From assembly GCA_037447605.1 (NCBI GenBank), contig CM074806.1:3348001-3412000 (forward strand): DNA of 64,000 bases, in the 5' to 3' direction. Shown piece by piece: positions 40,055-51,795 of this stretch. The translations under genes and the position numbers were made by a program. Within the stretch, counting starts at the first letter, position 1. Each line of letters begins with the position of its first letter. Source of the DNA: Zygnema circumcarinatum SAG 698-1b. Lineage: Eukaryota; Plantae; Zygnematophyceae. The notes below the pieces were generated by a model. That model had not been told where the DNA came from, searched no databases, and was given only the letters and a program-made list of their open reading frames with translations.

Positions 40055-40866
40055 TCTGTTTTATATCTACTCTCGCTTTCGTTTTGCCTTGCTCCTATCC
40101 AAGAACTGTTATTTGTAATATTTGTAACAATCTAATCATGGAGTGCCTGCTGCCGCATGCAAGCCAAGTCCCGGTTCATTTTACACTACTACTATGATAA
40201 GTTACCCCTCCTGAAGTTTTTCAAACAGTATTAGCATGTATTTCAAACAACAACTAACACACAAGATAAGCGTGCATAGTTTGTTTGTCCTCATTGCTTG
40301 CAGCTGTTGATCACTGGCCCTCCAAATTGCCATTGAGTCCTTATTGACAGTAAAAGGAAATATCATTGCGTGTTCCGTTCATGTTAAATCATGTGATGAT
40401 GATAATCCAAACTTCAGTAAGCATACTTGAAAAAATGTGCAAAACATAAATCACTGGTTTGTGGGATTCCAACTACCGTAGGATATAACATTACTATCCC
40501 ACACCATACCAGCAAGTGGGTGCATAGGTCCACACGGACGGCGGTGCGCCGCTACTCGCTGTGCCTGTGCCCGTGCGCGTTCCGCTTCCCCCCGCCCGCT
40601 CGCCCTTCACTACGGTACGGTATGGTACAGTCAACAGTCCTCGTATTTACCGCCCTGAGGAGTGCGTCCCCAAGAAATTCGCCCCGGTTTTGCCGAAACC
40701 ACCTATTTGTACGGTAACTTTGTGTTAGCCGTACTATTCGTACTTTCCATACTATTCGTACTGTCCGTACTGTCCGTTACGGGCTTACTGTACAGTGGGG
40801 GGTCCTCATATTTTCCACCCTGTACAGTGCGCTCCCAAGAAATTCGCCCCGATTTTGCCGAAACCA

Positions 40867-41896
40867 TGTAGCGTAACGGAGCTGCGTTCGACGGATTTGC
40901 GTCAGTTCAATTGTACTTGACGTATGCCTCTTCCGTGTCATGGATCAACGGAATCCAGGAGCTGCCAACGGAGATTGAGAGAAGGCGGCGCCATGCGTTG
41001 GCGGCCCACGGAACGGCACACCATCCAGCAAGGCACACTCGGAAGCGCCGCAATATGCCGCCGATTATCATCAGTTGACCTATCCGAAGGCTCCACGTAG
41101 TCAGTCAGGCCTCTCAGTGGGCAGTTGGCCAATCAGAGACTGTCACTGCTAAGACTCAAGATCTATTGTCAGTGTTAAGTAGATGGGATGTCAGTGATGC
41201 TGTTTTGTCTTTTAGTGCTGGGCTTAGTATTTGTATTTGCTGTGTGGTTTGTTGTCTTGTTCTTTTTTCTTCTTTTCCTTCCTCTTCAGTTACAGCAACA
41301 GATGCTAAGTAAGAGAGAGAGAGAGAGAGAGAGAGTTCCATGCCATAGATAGAGAGAGAGAGAGAGAAGAGTCTTAACTGGCGATAGCGTTTAGACACGA
41401 TCCCATTCGATGACTAGACAAAAAGATTTGGGTGAGAAGACAGTTTCATTGTATTGACATTCTACGACCAACGTGGGGTGAGTTTCAAGATACAACCTTT
41501 ATCCCAGAAGTTGGCTTGTTTTCCTTTCAACATCCTTATGCCAAAAGGCTGCCATCTTGTCCTAATCTGCGCTACTGGCGTATCGATGACCCGATGATGG
41601 CAGAGCCTGGGGAGCTGAGGGAGGGAGAGGGGCGGGGAAGAAAACCCCCCGAGGGAAGGGCTCTTCGGCGCTCGAGGAGTCCCGGTGGCCGTTAGAGGGA
41701 ACACCTTGGGATCCACTATGCGTCTTCATTTAGCGGCGTACCTCACGAGTCCAGGATCACGGCTACATCTTTGCCGGAGCGGACCCGGCACTGAAATGGC
41801 TTGGGATTTCATGCGGTTTGGCGGCAGGGCCCAGCGAGTGGCCCGTGCGGCACCTGCGGCTAGCTCAGCCGGTCTTTGTTTTAACCCCACTTATCT
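40867..41896 (+). repeat. 5' LTR
   Basis: Starts TGTAGCGTA and is collinear with 48651-49687 up to ACCCCACTTATCT. The terminal few bases, including CA, are absent before the PBS. Confidence 0.85.
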
Positions 41897-41908
41897 TGGT
41901 ATGGAGCC
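41897..41908 (+). other. Primer-binding site resembling the initiator tRNA-Met PBS
   Basis: TGGTATGGAGCC versus canonical TGGTATCAGAGCC, directly after the 5' LTR. Confidence 0.6.
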
Positions 41909-44699
41909 CAAGGTTTTACCCGGATCACGTACCTTGTCATTACGAGGGCTGGAATCACATGACAGGTGTCCCGCGGCCGCCATGAATGAAGAGGCTGGCG
42001 ACAGCAAAGAGGGACAAAGCGGTCTTCATCGATACATTGAAGGAAGACGGCACCTCAAGAAGAAGAAGAACAGGCGATCGGAAATCCGAGGACGGATTCA
42101 GACTCAGAAGAAGAGGCAGTCAGAGAGCGACTGAAAATGGGCATCACCGAAGAGAACCCTTATCCCAGTCTGGCTTACCTTGAGCAGATTAGTCGATTGA
42201 AAAGAGGCTGCCCGGCGACTCGCGTCTAGGCGGCGATGGCGCAACTCGGCGGTATGCCGCGCCCATGATCAAAGGCTGGCGGCTTGCCCGATTGTATCGC
42301 GACGGCCGTCTGAGTGAAAGAGAGGGAGTACCGTTCGAAACTTGAGGGTCCCCACGGCGGCCTGAAAGCGAGAACCCGCGGGATCTCGGTCCGGATAGCT
42401 AGCGCGGGGGTCCCTTCAAGCGCGCTACTTGTTTTGCCGCGCGGTCCTCGGCGGTCGGTCATCAGAAGGCACCGCTCACCTCCGGCTTTTCACGACTTAC
42501 CCATCCAGAGCGGCTGAGGCGGCGGCCGAGGGCAAGGGCAGAGGACGATGCGAGGACCCTCGGCTTCGCACCGGCTTTGCCCGCGGAAGCACCGCGAGTC
42601 AGTCTGAGGTTTCGGCAAGATGGAAGAGATGATGACCAAATTGATAGCCTTGATTCGAAAGAGTGAGGGTGGGGATACCACGGGCATCATCACTAGAGGC
42701 TACACCATTAGCCGGGGAAGATCTGCGAGTCTTGGTGAGACACCTTGAGGGGAGAAGGCGGTATAGCGGTTTGAAGGAAGACGATTGGATCCAAGGCGGC
42801 CCTTGGGCGGTGGAAGGCGGCGGTCGGCGGAAGGCGTCGGCGGCACAAAGCGGATAATGCGTCGCCACCACGACAAAGGGACACATTCAAGCAAGCTTCG
42901 AGACAGCGTTGGATTTGAATCATCAGCGTGCTGAGCCGACTTGGCTACATAGAGATACTCTGATTGATGAAGGCGTTTGTTTGAATTCGAAGCTTTTGTG
43001 CGCATAGCAAATCTGTCGAGAACTTGCACGACTTTTCGAAGTGCTCGATTGGTTTCGCAAGGCCATCGGCGAAGGATCTCTCCACGGATAGGTAATTTCC
43101 CGACAACCCACGGCGAGATGCCGGGGGCATTGTTAGGCGAGGCCGAGGAAGCGGAATTGAAGGGGATCAAGAGGCAGCGACATGTAAGACCACATTACAT
43201 GAACGCTACAGATCCACGACAAGATCGACTCTACCAGCAGTTCCTGAAGACACAGAATCAACAGCTGTTCGATCCCTACGCTACATCTACTCGGAACAAG
43301 CCTTCCTTCTCCGGCGCCACTGCTCAGGACGGCCGGACAGCCCCTGTGGTGCAGCCTCTGGCCATAGCCAGCACAACCAAGCCCCTTCCCCTTTCCCCAT
43401 ACCCTCATGATCCGGCGCATCCCATCGAGCCAGCGGTGAATCCTCACATACCAGATGTTTCACCGTCCGGGATATGGGCTCCTTATTAGATGCTTTTGCA
43501 GAAGAGAGGCTGCCGGGCCGAATCTGGCATTAGGATGGCAGAGGGGTTGGGAGGAGCAAATGCTGTCTTTACTTTAGCGGCACGAATCATAATCAGCGAG
43601 CTGCGTTGCGGACAAAGGACACTGCACCTTACGTGGGATCCGCGGGACATGATGCGTGTGTGCATCGCGGAGACTCGAGGTGAGAAGGCGGGAAGGGGAA
43701 GAAGGCTGACAGCGGGGAACTCACTGAGGATCACTTTCATGGATATGCTCACGGTACATTCCCCACCATCGAAAGAACACGCGGCACCCGCTGCTGCGCT
43801 TTAGCGCGCCCACCTCCTTCGCAGCTTACACCCGTCACGCAGCGACCACTATCCGCATCTCCACCCCATGGAATCCCTTCCTGTCCCAGCGTGTGTTAGC
43901 GGGTCGCGAGCCGATCCTGTACGCCCCGATCCGCGCCTTTGCCCAGGGTTGCGCGGCATTTCAACGGCTTGCCTCCAGGGAATCCCCCATCGCCGAGGGC
44001 TCAAGCGGGATCACGTAGAGATTGCAAGCGCCCTTGGCAGGAGAAACACCACGTCAGCAGAAGCGATCCTCATTCTCATCCTCTGCCATTCCTCCCTGCC
44101 AATGTCACGCGGCGCCCGGTTCACCGGGCACGGCTCCAGCCCGTCGCCACCTTTGTCCGAAGAACCTGATCCATCCCTCCCGCAGGTCCTCCCTTGGGAT
44201 CCACACTTTGAGGAGGAAAGAAGATCTCCAGGAATGAAGAGGCCCAGAGCGGCTGGCCCTTGTTGAAGCCGGCATACCGGCGTACGAAAGAGACTCTGCG
44301 TCAACCCCCACATGGAGTCTTTCGGGCAGCCCGTTTTCTTCCCAAGCGGCCGTCAAAATTAGAGCCACCACCCAAACCTTGAGGCGGCCTATCACGATTG
44401 ACGCGCGCGGATTCGTCAACTCATGGGAGACAAGGCTAAGATGGAAGCATTTACCTTGTCACAATTGATGCGGCTTGTACCCGGTCTTTGCAGCGGTAGT
44501 TCCGAGGCGGCGGCCGGTCGCGAGGCCACCTACTTGACACCTCACGGCTCTTTATGGCATCTCCTCAGGGCGTCCCAGCCAGAAGCGGAAGTATCCCACC
44601 ACGCTGGCTCTGGCGCCTCCGGCGGACCGATCCGCTCCCTGCATGCATCCCCCACCGCCCGATTCAGATCCTCCCTCTCATCCCAACGCCCAACGTGCG

Positions 44700-47600
44700 G
44701 ATCATTGTCAATGTATGGCTCAACGGTCATCCCAGCAAAGCCATGATCGACACGGGGGCTATGCGCACAGTTCTGTCCAAGCCTGTGATGAAGGCGGCAG
44801 GGGTTAAGTTGGACAAGACGCTTGAGCCCATCCCCCGATATGTGGGAGTTGAAGGGAGCTTACATGAAGGATTGGGAAGCGCCCAAGTGGTCATCAGTCT
44901 TGGCGAGATGGGAGCCACAGTGAATGCAGTCATCACAGCCGCTGAACACTATTCTATTCTGCTGGGCTCAGATTGGCTCATTGCGATGGGAGCGCAAATC
45001 GACTTTGCTACATGTCAGTACACTATCTGGCGGCCGGAGACCCAGGCTGCTCCTTCCCCACATCATCCTGAGTCCCTCCCACCACCTCGCCTTCCCAAAG
45101 CGCCCGCACGCCCGGCGCGGGTCTCCCTACGGGGAGATCACCATGTACCATTAGATTGGCCCGGCTCGATTCTTCTTATGGATGGCCAGTGCGATACCGA
45201 TAGCCGAGACTCCCCTCTGCTCCTCCCAGAGTCCAGCTCTCGGTATGCCGACGGAGGAACTCTTGACGCCAGTGATACCTGCACCCAGCTTTCCCCCACA
45301 TGAGACCATCAGTGATGAGGAGTGGCTGGAAATAGAGGGGCAGATGCGATTAGGCCCTGCAGTCCTCTCAGACCGATCAAGCATTCTCAACTACGCCAAG
45401 TGCTGCGCCGAAATCACCTAGTTTTCGCACGACATTCACTCGACATCGGCAAGACTCACTTGATTGAGCACCACATCGATACGGGGGATGCGCCTCCCGT
45501 GATGACCCTGACTCCCTACCGCTTTTCCGCCGCGCAGCAGGCCGATGTCGAACGACAGATCGACGAGAACGTGGCTGCCGGATTGATGGAACCTGGAGAA
45601 GGGCCGTGGGCCCAGCCGGCGTTCGCACTGGCGGGATGGCACACTGGAAACTACGTGGGGACTCTGAAATCTGAATGCAATAGCGGTAGGGATCCCTACA
45701 CATTGCGGATGTGGACCTGATTCTCCACTTGGCGTCTCCCACGAGGACCCGATGGTTCCTGCGACCACTGAACATCTTGTGAGAGTCGCCGGCGGATTCC
45801 CTGCGGCAGGCTGATGCCGAGAGCCGGGGCTTCGCCGCGGCCCAGCTTTGTGCAATGGGCGGTGCTTCCATTAGGGCTCAAAGTCGGCCAGACTCACCCA
45901 CGGCTGGCCAACCGGGTGTTAGAGCCTGTAAAGGTACGCCCGGCCGAGCCCCTTCGTGGATGATGCCCCAGTCCCGCGGCAAGGGCTGGTCCTCCACTTT
46001 GCAACACATTGACCAAGTCCTGCAACAGCTCATCAGTGCGCGTCTGAAGATTGCACCCAAGAAGTGCAAATGGGGCCACCAGGAGATCACTCATCTCGGG
46101 CACGCCTCGGCATCAATGGCCTGAAACCATCACTCGATAAGATTGAAGCGATTGCCCTTATGCCGATTCCACAGACCCTCACTCAGCTCAAGTCTTTCTT
46201 GGGGCTCACCTCATTTATCGCTTAGGTTCATCAAAGGGGTACATGCCCACGCTTATCGCCCGCACGTCCCCATGCTTGGAAACCGCAGTCCAATACGAAT
46301 GGAGCGGTGCCGAGGATTTGGCCTTCCGCGGCTCAAGAGTGCCCTCGCCGGGCTCCTTGCACCGCATCGGTGACCCACCCTTCCCACCATTATTGGCCAG
46401 CCGTGGAGTGTTGAGGGGAGCCCGGAGGGCTTTGGGGAAGGTGGCCGGCCAAGCATTCTCGGATGGGGAACACCGGTGGGATTACATACAGCGAGATGCG
46501 ATTCGAGGAAAACGAGACCAAGTATAGCCCCTGCGAGGCGGCGGCCCCATCCTGGGCACCGAGAGGATTCAAACTCTTCACGGCCTACCAGCGTCATCAT
46601 CAGGACTAACCACACGCCCCTCCTTACAGGCGCACATCATGGGCCTGCCACTACGACCTAAAGTTTGCCGCGATGGGTGATGAAGTTGGAGGTATAATGT
46701 GTACAAGGTCACCCACCGTCCACGTGGTAACCCGCTGGCCGTCTTACGGCGACCTCGGTCGCCAATCGCCGGCTCCCCTCCTGCATCGCGATCCGGCGTT
46801 TAAGGAACCCATCCCTCCCACCCACCCTCTTGAACCACGAGCATCTTCCATTGAGATTTTTATTGCGCTCAAGCCACGCATGATGTCTGATGGCGGATGG
46901 GCTGATGCGTCTATTCCGACCACGCCACCACCCTCTCCATGTCCGGCGGGAGGACCGACTTCACCCACGGCCACCCCATCTTGCGGATCCATGGGAACTC
47001 ATGGATAGCTAGCCGATGGCGGCAGCTCCCTTACTTCACTCCCCATTTCCCGGCGGCGCCAATGGCGTCCATTGAGGACTCCTCCCATACAGCTCACGTC
47101 GCGGTGACCGCCGTTACCCCCTTTATCCACCCGGACACCGGGGCTGCGGCTGCTCAGCCCGCTCAGAACCTGTTGTGTGTGGGGCGGTCATGCCTCCCTC
47201 GGCCTTCTGGTCCTTTCCCCAATGAGCGCGCCGGGAGATTACGGATGTAGCCCACGATTCCACCGACCCGGCGAGATTCCACCGGCCCGGAAGAAGATGG
47301 TGGCTCTAGCTACGAGGCGCTTCTGTCTGGCCCGACCTGCATGGCTGGCGGTGAGCCAGCTACATTGAAACTTGCGCATTTGGCCAGTGGCCTTCTGCTC
47401 CCCGACCCGTAGCCCTTGGAGATGGGTGAGATCCCAATACGCGGCGTCGCCGAAGACTGGAACATCGACACCTTTTCTATTCCCCAGCTCGGCACCCCCT
47501 CTGGCTATATTCGGGTCTTCCTAGACGTGGACAGATACACCAAGTGGGTAGAAGTTCACACGACAGAATCTAAGCATTCCATCCACTCTGCTCGCCTCCT

Positions 47601-47760
47601 GACGGCCATCATTCACCGCCACTCTATACCCTACTGTCCCTCGACAAGCGGCTGCGAATCTGAGGGCGTGCGTAGCTCATGCAGGACTTCCATCGTCAAA
47701 TTCACCCACCTCGGCCCACTACTCCCCTGGCGGAATGCTGCCGAGGCGTACCATTGAGCG
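44700..47760 (+). pseudogene. Fragmented pol (aspartic protease, RT, RNase H, integrase)
   Basis: AMIDTGA protease (~44750); IGKTHLIEHHIDTGDAPP..PYRFS..VERQI..MEPGEGPWA (RT start); FVDD (~45953) and LKIAPKKCKWG..ITHLGH; integrase WNIDTF..VFLDVDRYTKWVEV (~47460-47560). Many frameshifts. Confidence 0.85.
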
Positions 47761-48650
47761 GTCAAGGATCGCGTCGCGTCGCGGCTGCTTGTACGGGCGG
47801 GCCGGACTGGCGCGAGGTCATCCCCTCCTGTGAGATATTTCCGCGTATAACACCTCGATCCCTCTCCACGGGCTTCTCTCCTACGAGCTTCTCCCATGGC
47901 CAGTAAGCCCGCTTTCCCACTTGACCTCCCTCTTTCTTGAGCCTCTTACGATAAAGCGCCCTCCACGGTCCGGGTCGCCCAGCAGGCTCACGGCCCCTCG
48001 GCTTCAAACCCTAGATTCCATGGCCTCCGCCACCTCGACCCGGCGCGGGCGACAACTCCGCAGGCTTTGGGGCGGCCAAGCCTTATTTGCTCTCCCCTTG
48101 TCGAGGTAGCGCCACGCTCGACTCATTTGGCTCCGGAGTCTCGCCAAACCGTCCCAGCGGGCCTTTAAGGTAGTTGGGCCCCTTCATTTGTGTCGATTAG
48201 TGGAGAATCCCGAGGTTAGGCCATCATTCCGGAAGGCGGAACTCTAGTGGAAACGCGTGGCCGTTCTGCTTGGATCGACATTAGATCACGCCGCGTCGGC
48301 GATCCCTCCCAGGAAGTAGGTGAGGCGTTAGCGACGGCCAGTAGCGGCCTCCCTCCGTACCCTGCCATGGCGCTCCTCATTGGTCCATTTCTAATTCCCG
48401 CCACTTTTTGCCGCTTCGCCAACATTGCGCCTGTCGGCCGTACCTTTCGATTTCGAATTTGTCTTACTCCCTCCTCCACCTCTGATCCGCCGATACTCAT
48501 TTCCAGGTATGCGGGAAGCTTCTCAGGACGGCCGCCCGGCTTCTCGGCCCAGCGGTCCGCGTCCCGTCATCACGGTCCCTTCCGCGCTTTGTCTCTTCTT
48601 CCCTTTAGCGCGAAGTGCGTGGCGGCTTGTTTCCCGCATATTACTACGGA

Positions 48651-49687
48651 TGTAGCGTAGCGAACTTCGCGTTACGGCGGATTTGCGTCGATTCAATTGT
48701 ACTTGGCGGTATACTCGCCGGGTGTCATGGATCCAGCGAGGAATCCGAGGGTACCAGCGGAGATTGAGAGAAGCGGCCATGCGTTGGCGGCCCACGGAAG
48801 CGACACACCATCCGGCAAAGGCACGCCGGAGTGCGCAATATGCGCCGATTATCATCGATTGACCTATCGAAGGCTCCGTGGCGATCCAGGCAGAGCCTCT
48901 CGGTGGGCAGTTGGCCAATGTGGGGAAGCTGTCGATGCTAAGACTCAAGATCTATTGTGGGTGTTAAGTAGATGGGATATGCGATGATAGCATTTTGTCT
49001 TTTAGTTGCTGGGCTTAGTATTTGTATTTCTTTGCATGTGGTTTGTTGTCTTGTTCTTTTTTTCTTCTTTTCCTTCCTCTTGATTCTGACAGAGATGCTA
49101 AGTAAGAGAGAGAGAGAGAGTTCCATGCCATAGACTAGAGAGAGAGAGAGAGAAGAGTCTTCTTGTGATAGCATTTAGGCGTCCCATTCATGACTAGACA
49201 AAGATTTAGAGTGAAGACAGAATTTCATTGTACAGCTGACATTCCCAGCCCGGCGCTGCTTGGGCGGGGGTGTGAGTTTCAAGATACAACCTTTATCTAA
49301 GTTGAGCATCAAGCCTTTGCCGCCACTATGCCAAGCTGCCATCTTGTCCTAATCTGCCTTACGCCAAGATCCCAATGACCATGATAACCAGGAAGCTTCA
49401 AATAAGAGACTCGCCGAGGAGAGTCAGGGAAGAGAGAGCCCCCATGAAAGTGGTTTTTCGCCAAGCATCGAAATCCACCACGGCAGGGAACACCTTCGGG
49501 GATCCCTTTACGCCTGGCCAAGTGCTGCATCTCTGAGTCCCCGGATCCTGGCTCTATGCCGCAGACACTCCACAAAGACTGCCCCAACCGCTCATCAGTT
49601 TCCCAAAGACGGGACGCTGAAAGTGGCCGTACAGCACCTGCAGCTAGCTCAGCAGTCTTTGTTTAACCCCACTTATCTTGTGCTACA
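48651..49687 (+). repeat. 3' LTR
   Basis: TGTAGCGTAG...CTTATCTTGTGCTACA, homologous to the 5' LTR including the (GA)n tracts. No clear polypurine tract upstream. Confidence 0.85.
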
Positions 49688-50469
49688 ACCACCTTTTTGT
49701 ACGGTAACTTAATGTTAGCCGTACTGTCCGTACTGTCCGTATTGTCCGTACTATTCGTACTAGCCGTACGATCTGTAGCTGCACGATACGATACGATACT
49801 ACACGGTACGATACGGTGCGATACGAAACGCCCCGACACGGTACTATCCGTACTAGCCGTACGATCTGTAGCTGCACGATACGATACGATGTTTAACGAT
49901 ACAGTACGATACGGCACGATATGGTACGGTACGACACGTAAGGTCCAACATGAACTCTAACATAATACCGCCCGTCTATTGGTAACACGGACCTTATATT
50001 TGCAAAATCAATATTTTCGTCCCTTTTTGGCCAATACCATGGCGAAAATATAAGGACCCCCCACTGTACGCAAAAGTCACCTAATCTCCCCGCACGTGCC
50101 GCCGTAAGAGGCGCTCGCTCTTCTCCCCTTCTTCTTGGATTCGATACGATACGATACTACACGGTACGATACGGTGCGATACGAAACGCCCCGACACGGT
50201 ACTATCCGTACTAGCCGTACGATCTGTAGCTGCACGATACGATACGATGTTTAACGATACAGTACGATACGGCACGATATGGTACGGTACGATACGTACG
50301 GTCCAACATGAACTCTAACATAATACCGCCCGTCTATTGGTAACACGAACCTTATATATGCAAACTCAATATTTTCGCCTCATATTGGCCAAAACCAGGG
50401 TGGAAAATATGAGGACTGTTTACTGTACCCTAAAGGCCGTACGACCGTGAGAATTCGTACCTTTTTGTA

Positions 50470-51795
50470 CAAGTACTGCAGTCCTCATATTTTCGCCATG
50501 GTTTTGGCAGATATGAGGCGAAAATCTTGATTTTGCAAATAGAAGGTTCGTGTTACCAATAGACGGGCGGTATTATGTTAGAGTTCATGTTGGACCGTAC
50601 GTATCGTACCGTAACATATCGTACCGTATCATACTGTACTGTATCTCTTAGCATCGTATCGTATCGAAGCCAAGAAGAAGGGGAGAAGAGCGAGCGCCTT
50701 TTACGGCGGCACGTGCGGGGAGATTAGGTGAGTTTTGCGTAAGCCCGTAACGGCTAGTACGGCTAGTACGAATAGTACGGCTAACACAAAGTTACCGTAC
50801 AAAAAGGTGGTTTCAGCAAAATCGGGGCGAATTTCTTGGGGACGCACTGTACAGGGTGGAAAATGGGTAACTCTACTGCACCCCCGCGTTTTGTCTTTCG
50901 CACCCCCGTTTTGAAAATTTTGCTTGCCCGTTTGGTTACCCCCCAGTTTTGAATATTTCGGGAAAGATTCTTTTTCCCGCCCCTTTCGTCCCCTCCGCTG
51001 CCCCCCCTCGAACCATTGCGGTTGCAAAACCCTCACCCGGTTATGAAGGAACGAGGTCGACCTTCTGGCGCGCGCAGTTTGGCAATCAGCCGGGACAAGA
51101 GCTATTTCGAGTACGTTGAAGGGAAAAAATGTTCCAATTGCAAGCAAGCAGGCCACAGTTTAAGATCTTGCCTTAATTAGGGGTAACCTGAAAACAGAGA
51201 GTAACAGTTGCCCAACATTGGTGACCTTTGCAGTTGCGTTTAAGGTTGCGTTTTTGTACTTAAGCTTAGTTTAGTTTAGATTTTTGTTCCTAGTTTTTTT
51301 TTTTTGTTCTTGTTTCATTTGCGACTAATTTCTTGTGGTTCCCATGTTGACACCTGTCCATGTTTATTTGATGGCCTCACCATCTTGAGACCAATGCAAA
51401 TCCCCTTTTCTTTTGTCGCACATTGTTGGAAGTCAATAGTGAAAAGGAGAAAACGAGGGGATGGAATGTCCAAAAAACAATGAAGGGAGGGGGAATGAAT
51501 CAAACAAGCTTCCTATAAGGTTCGAACTCGGTATCCTCCCGGTACCCACTCATAAACTTTACCGTTAAAAGGCAACCGCGGATTTAAATGGTCGACCATA
51601 CATTTAATCATATAGCGTTTCGCAACAGGAGCCAGAGGAGGGGACGAAAGGGGCGGGAAAAAGATTTTTTCCCGAAATATTCAAAACTGGGGGGTAACCA
51701 AAACGGGCAGGCAAAATTTTCAAAACGGGGGTGCGAAAGACAAAACGCGGGGGTGCAGTAGAGTTACCCGTGGAAAATATGAGGACTGCTGACTG
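50470..51795. mobile_element. Tc1/mariner-type MITE, third copy in inverted orientation (about 410 bp net), interrupted by a MULE
   Basis: Left end ..CAGTCCTCATATTTTCGCCATGG (exact start 50470 or 50476), right end GGAAAATATGAGGACTGCTGACTG|TA. The internal sequence is the reverse complement of 50070-50425. Confidence 0.8.
50865..51769 (+). mobile_element. Non-autonomous Mutator-like element (MULE deletion derivative)
   Basis: TIRs of about 133 bp (GGGTAACTCTACTGCACCCCC...), perfect 9-bp TSD GTGGAAAAT (50856-64 and 51770-78). Internal remnant NPHPVMKERGRP..KKCSNCKQAGHSLRSCLN* (to 51180). Confidence 0.9.

Larger units (their letters stand above)
40867..49687 (+). mobile_element. Ty3/gypsy LTR retrotransposon, frameshifted, with ACCA target-site duplication
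   Basis: Direct repeats of about 1 kb; TGTAGC...GCTACA termini; ACCA at 40863-66 and 49688-91; PBS-like TGGTATGGAGCC at 41897; domain order protease-RT-RNaseH-integrase. Confidence 0.9.
40793..50066. mobile_element. Tc1/mariner-type MITE, inner copy (about 450 bp), interrupted by the LTR retrotransposon
   Basis: TA|CAGTGGGGGGTCCTCATATTTTC ... GAAAATATAAGGACCCCCCACTG|TA (22 of 23 TIR positions match). Confidence 0.85.
40628..50425. mobile_element. Tc1/mariner-type MITE, outer copy (about 520 bp once nested inserts are removed)
   Basis: TA|CAGTCAACAGTCCTCGTATTTACCGCCCTG ... CAGGGTGGAAAATATGAGGACTGTTTACTG|TA. Confidence 0.8.

Noticed and set aside
48216-48660. Possible chromodomain or env-like ORF after integrase
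   Set aside because: No aromatic-cage or transmembrane signature is discernible, and the region is too frameshifted to call.
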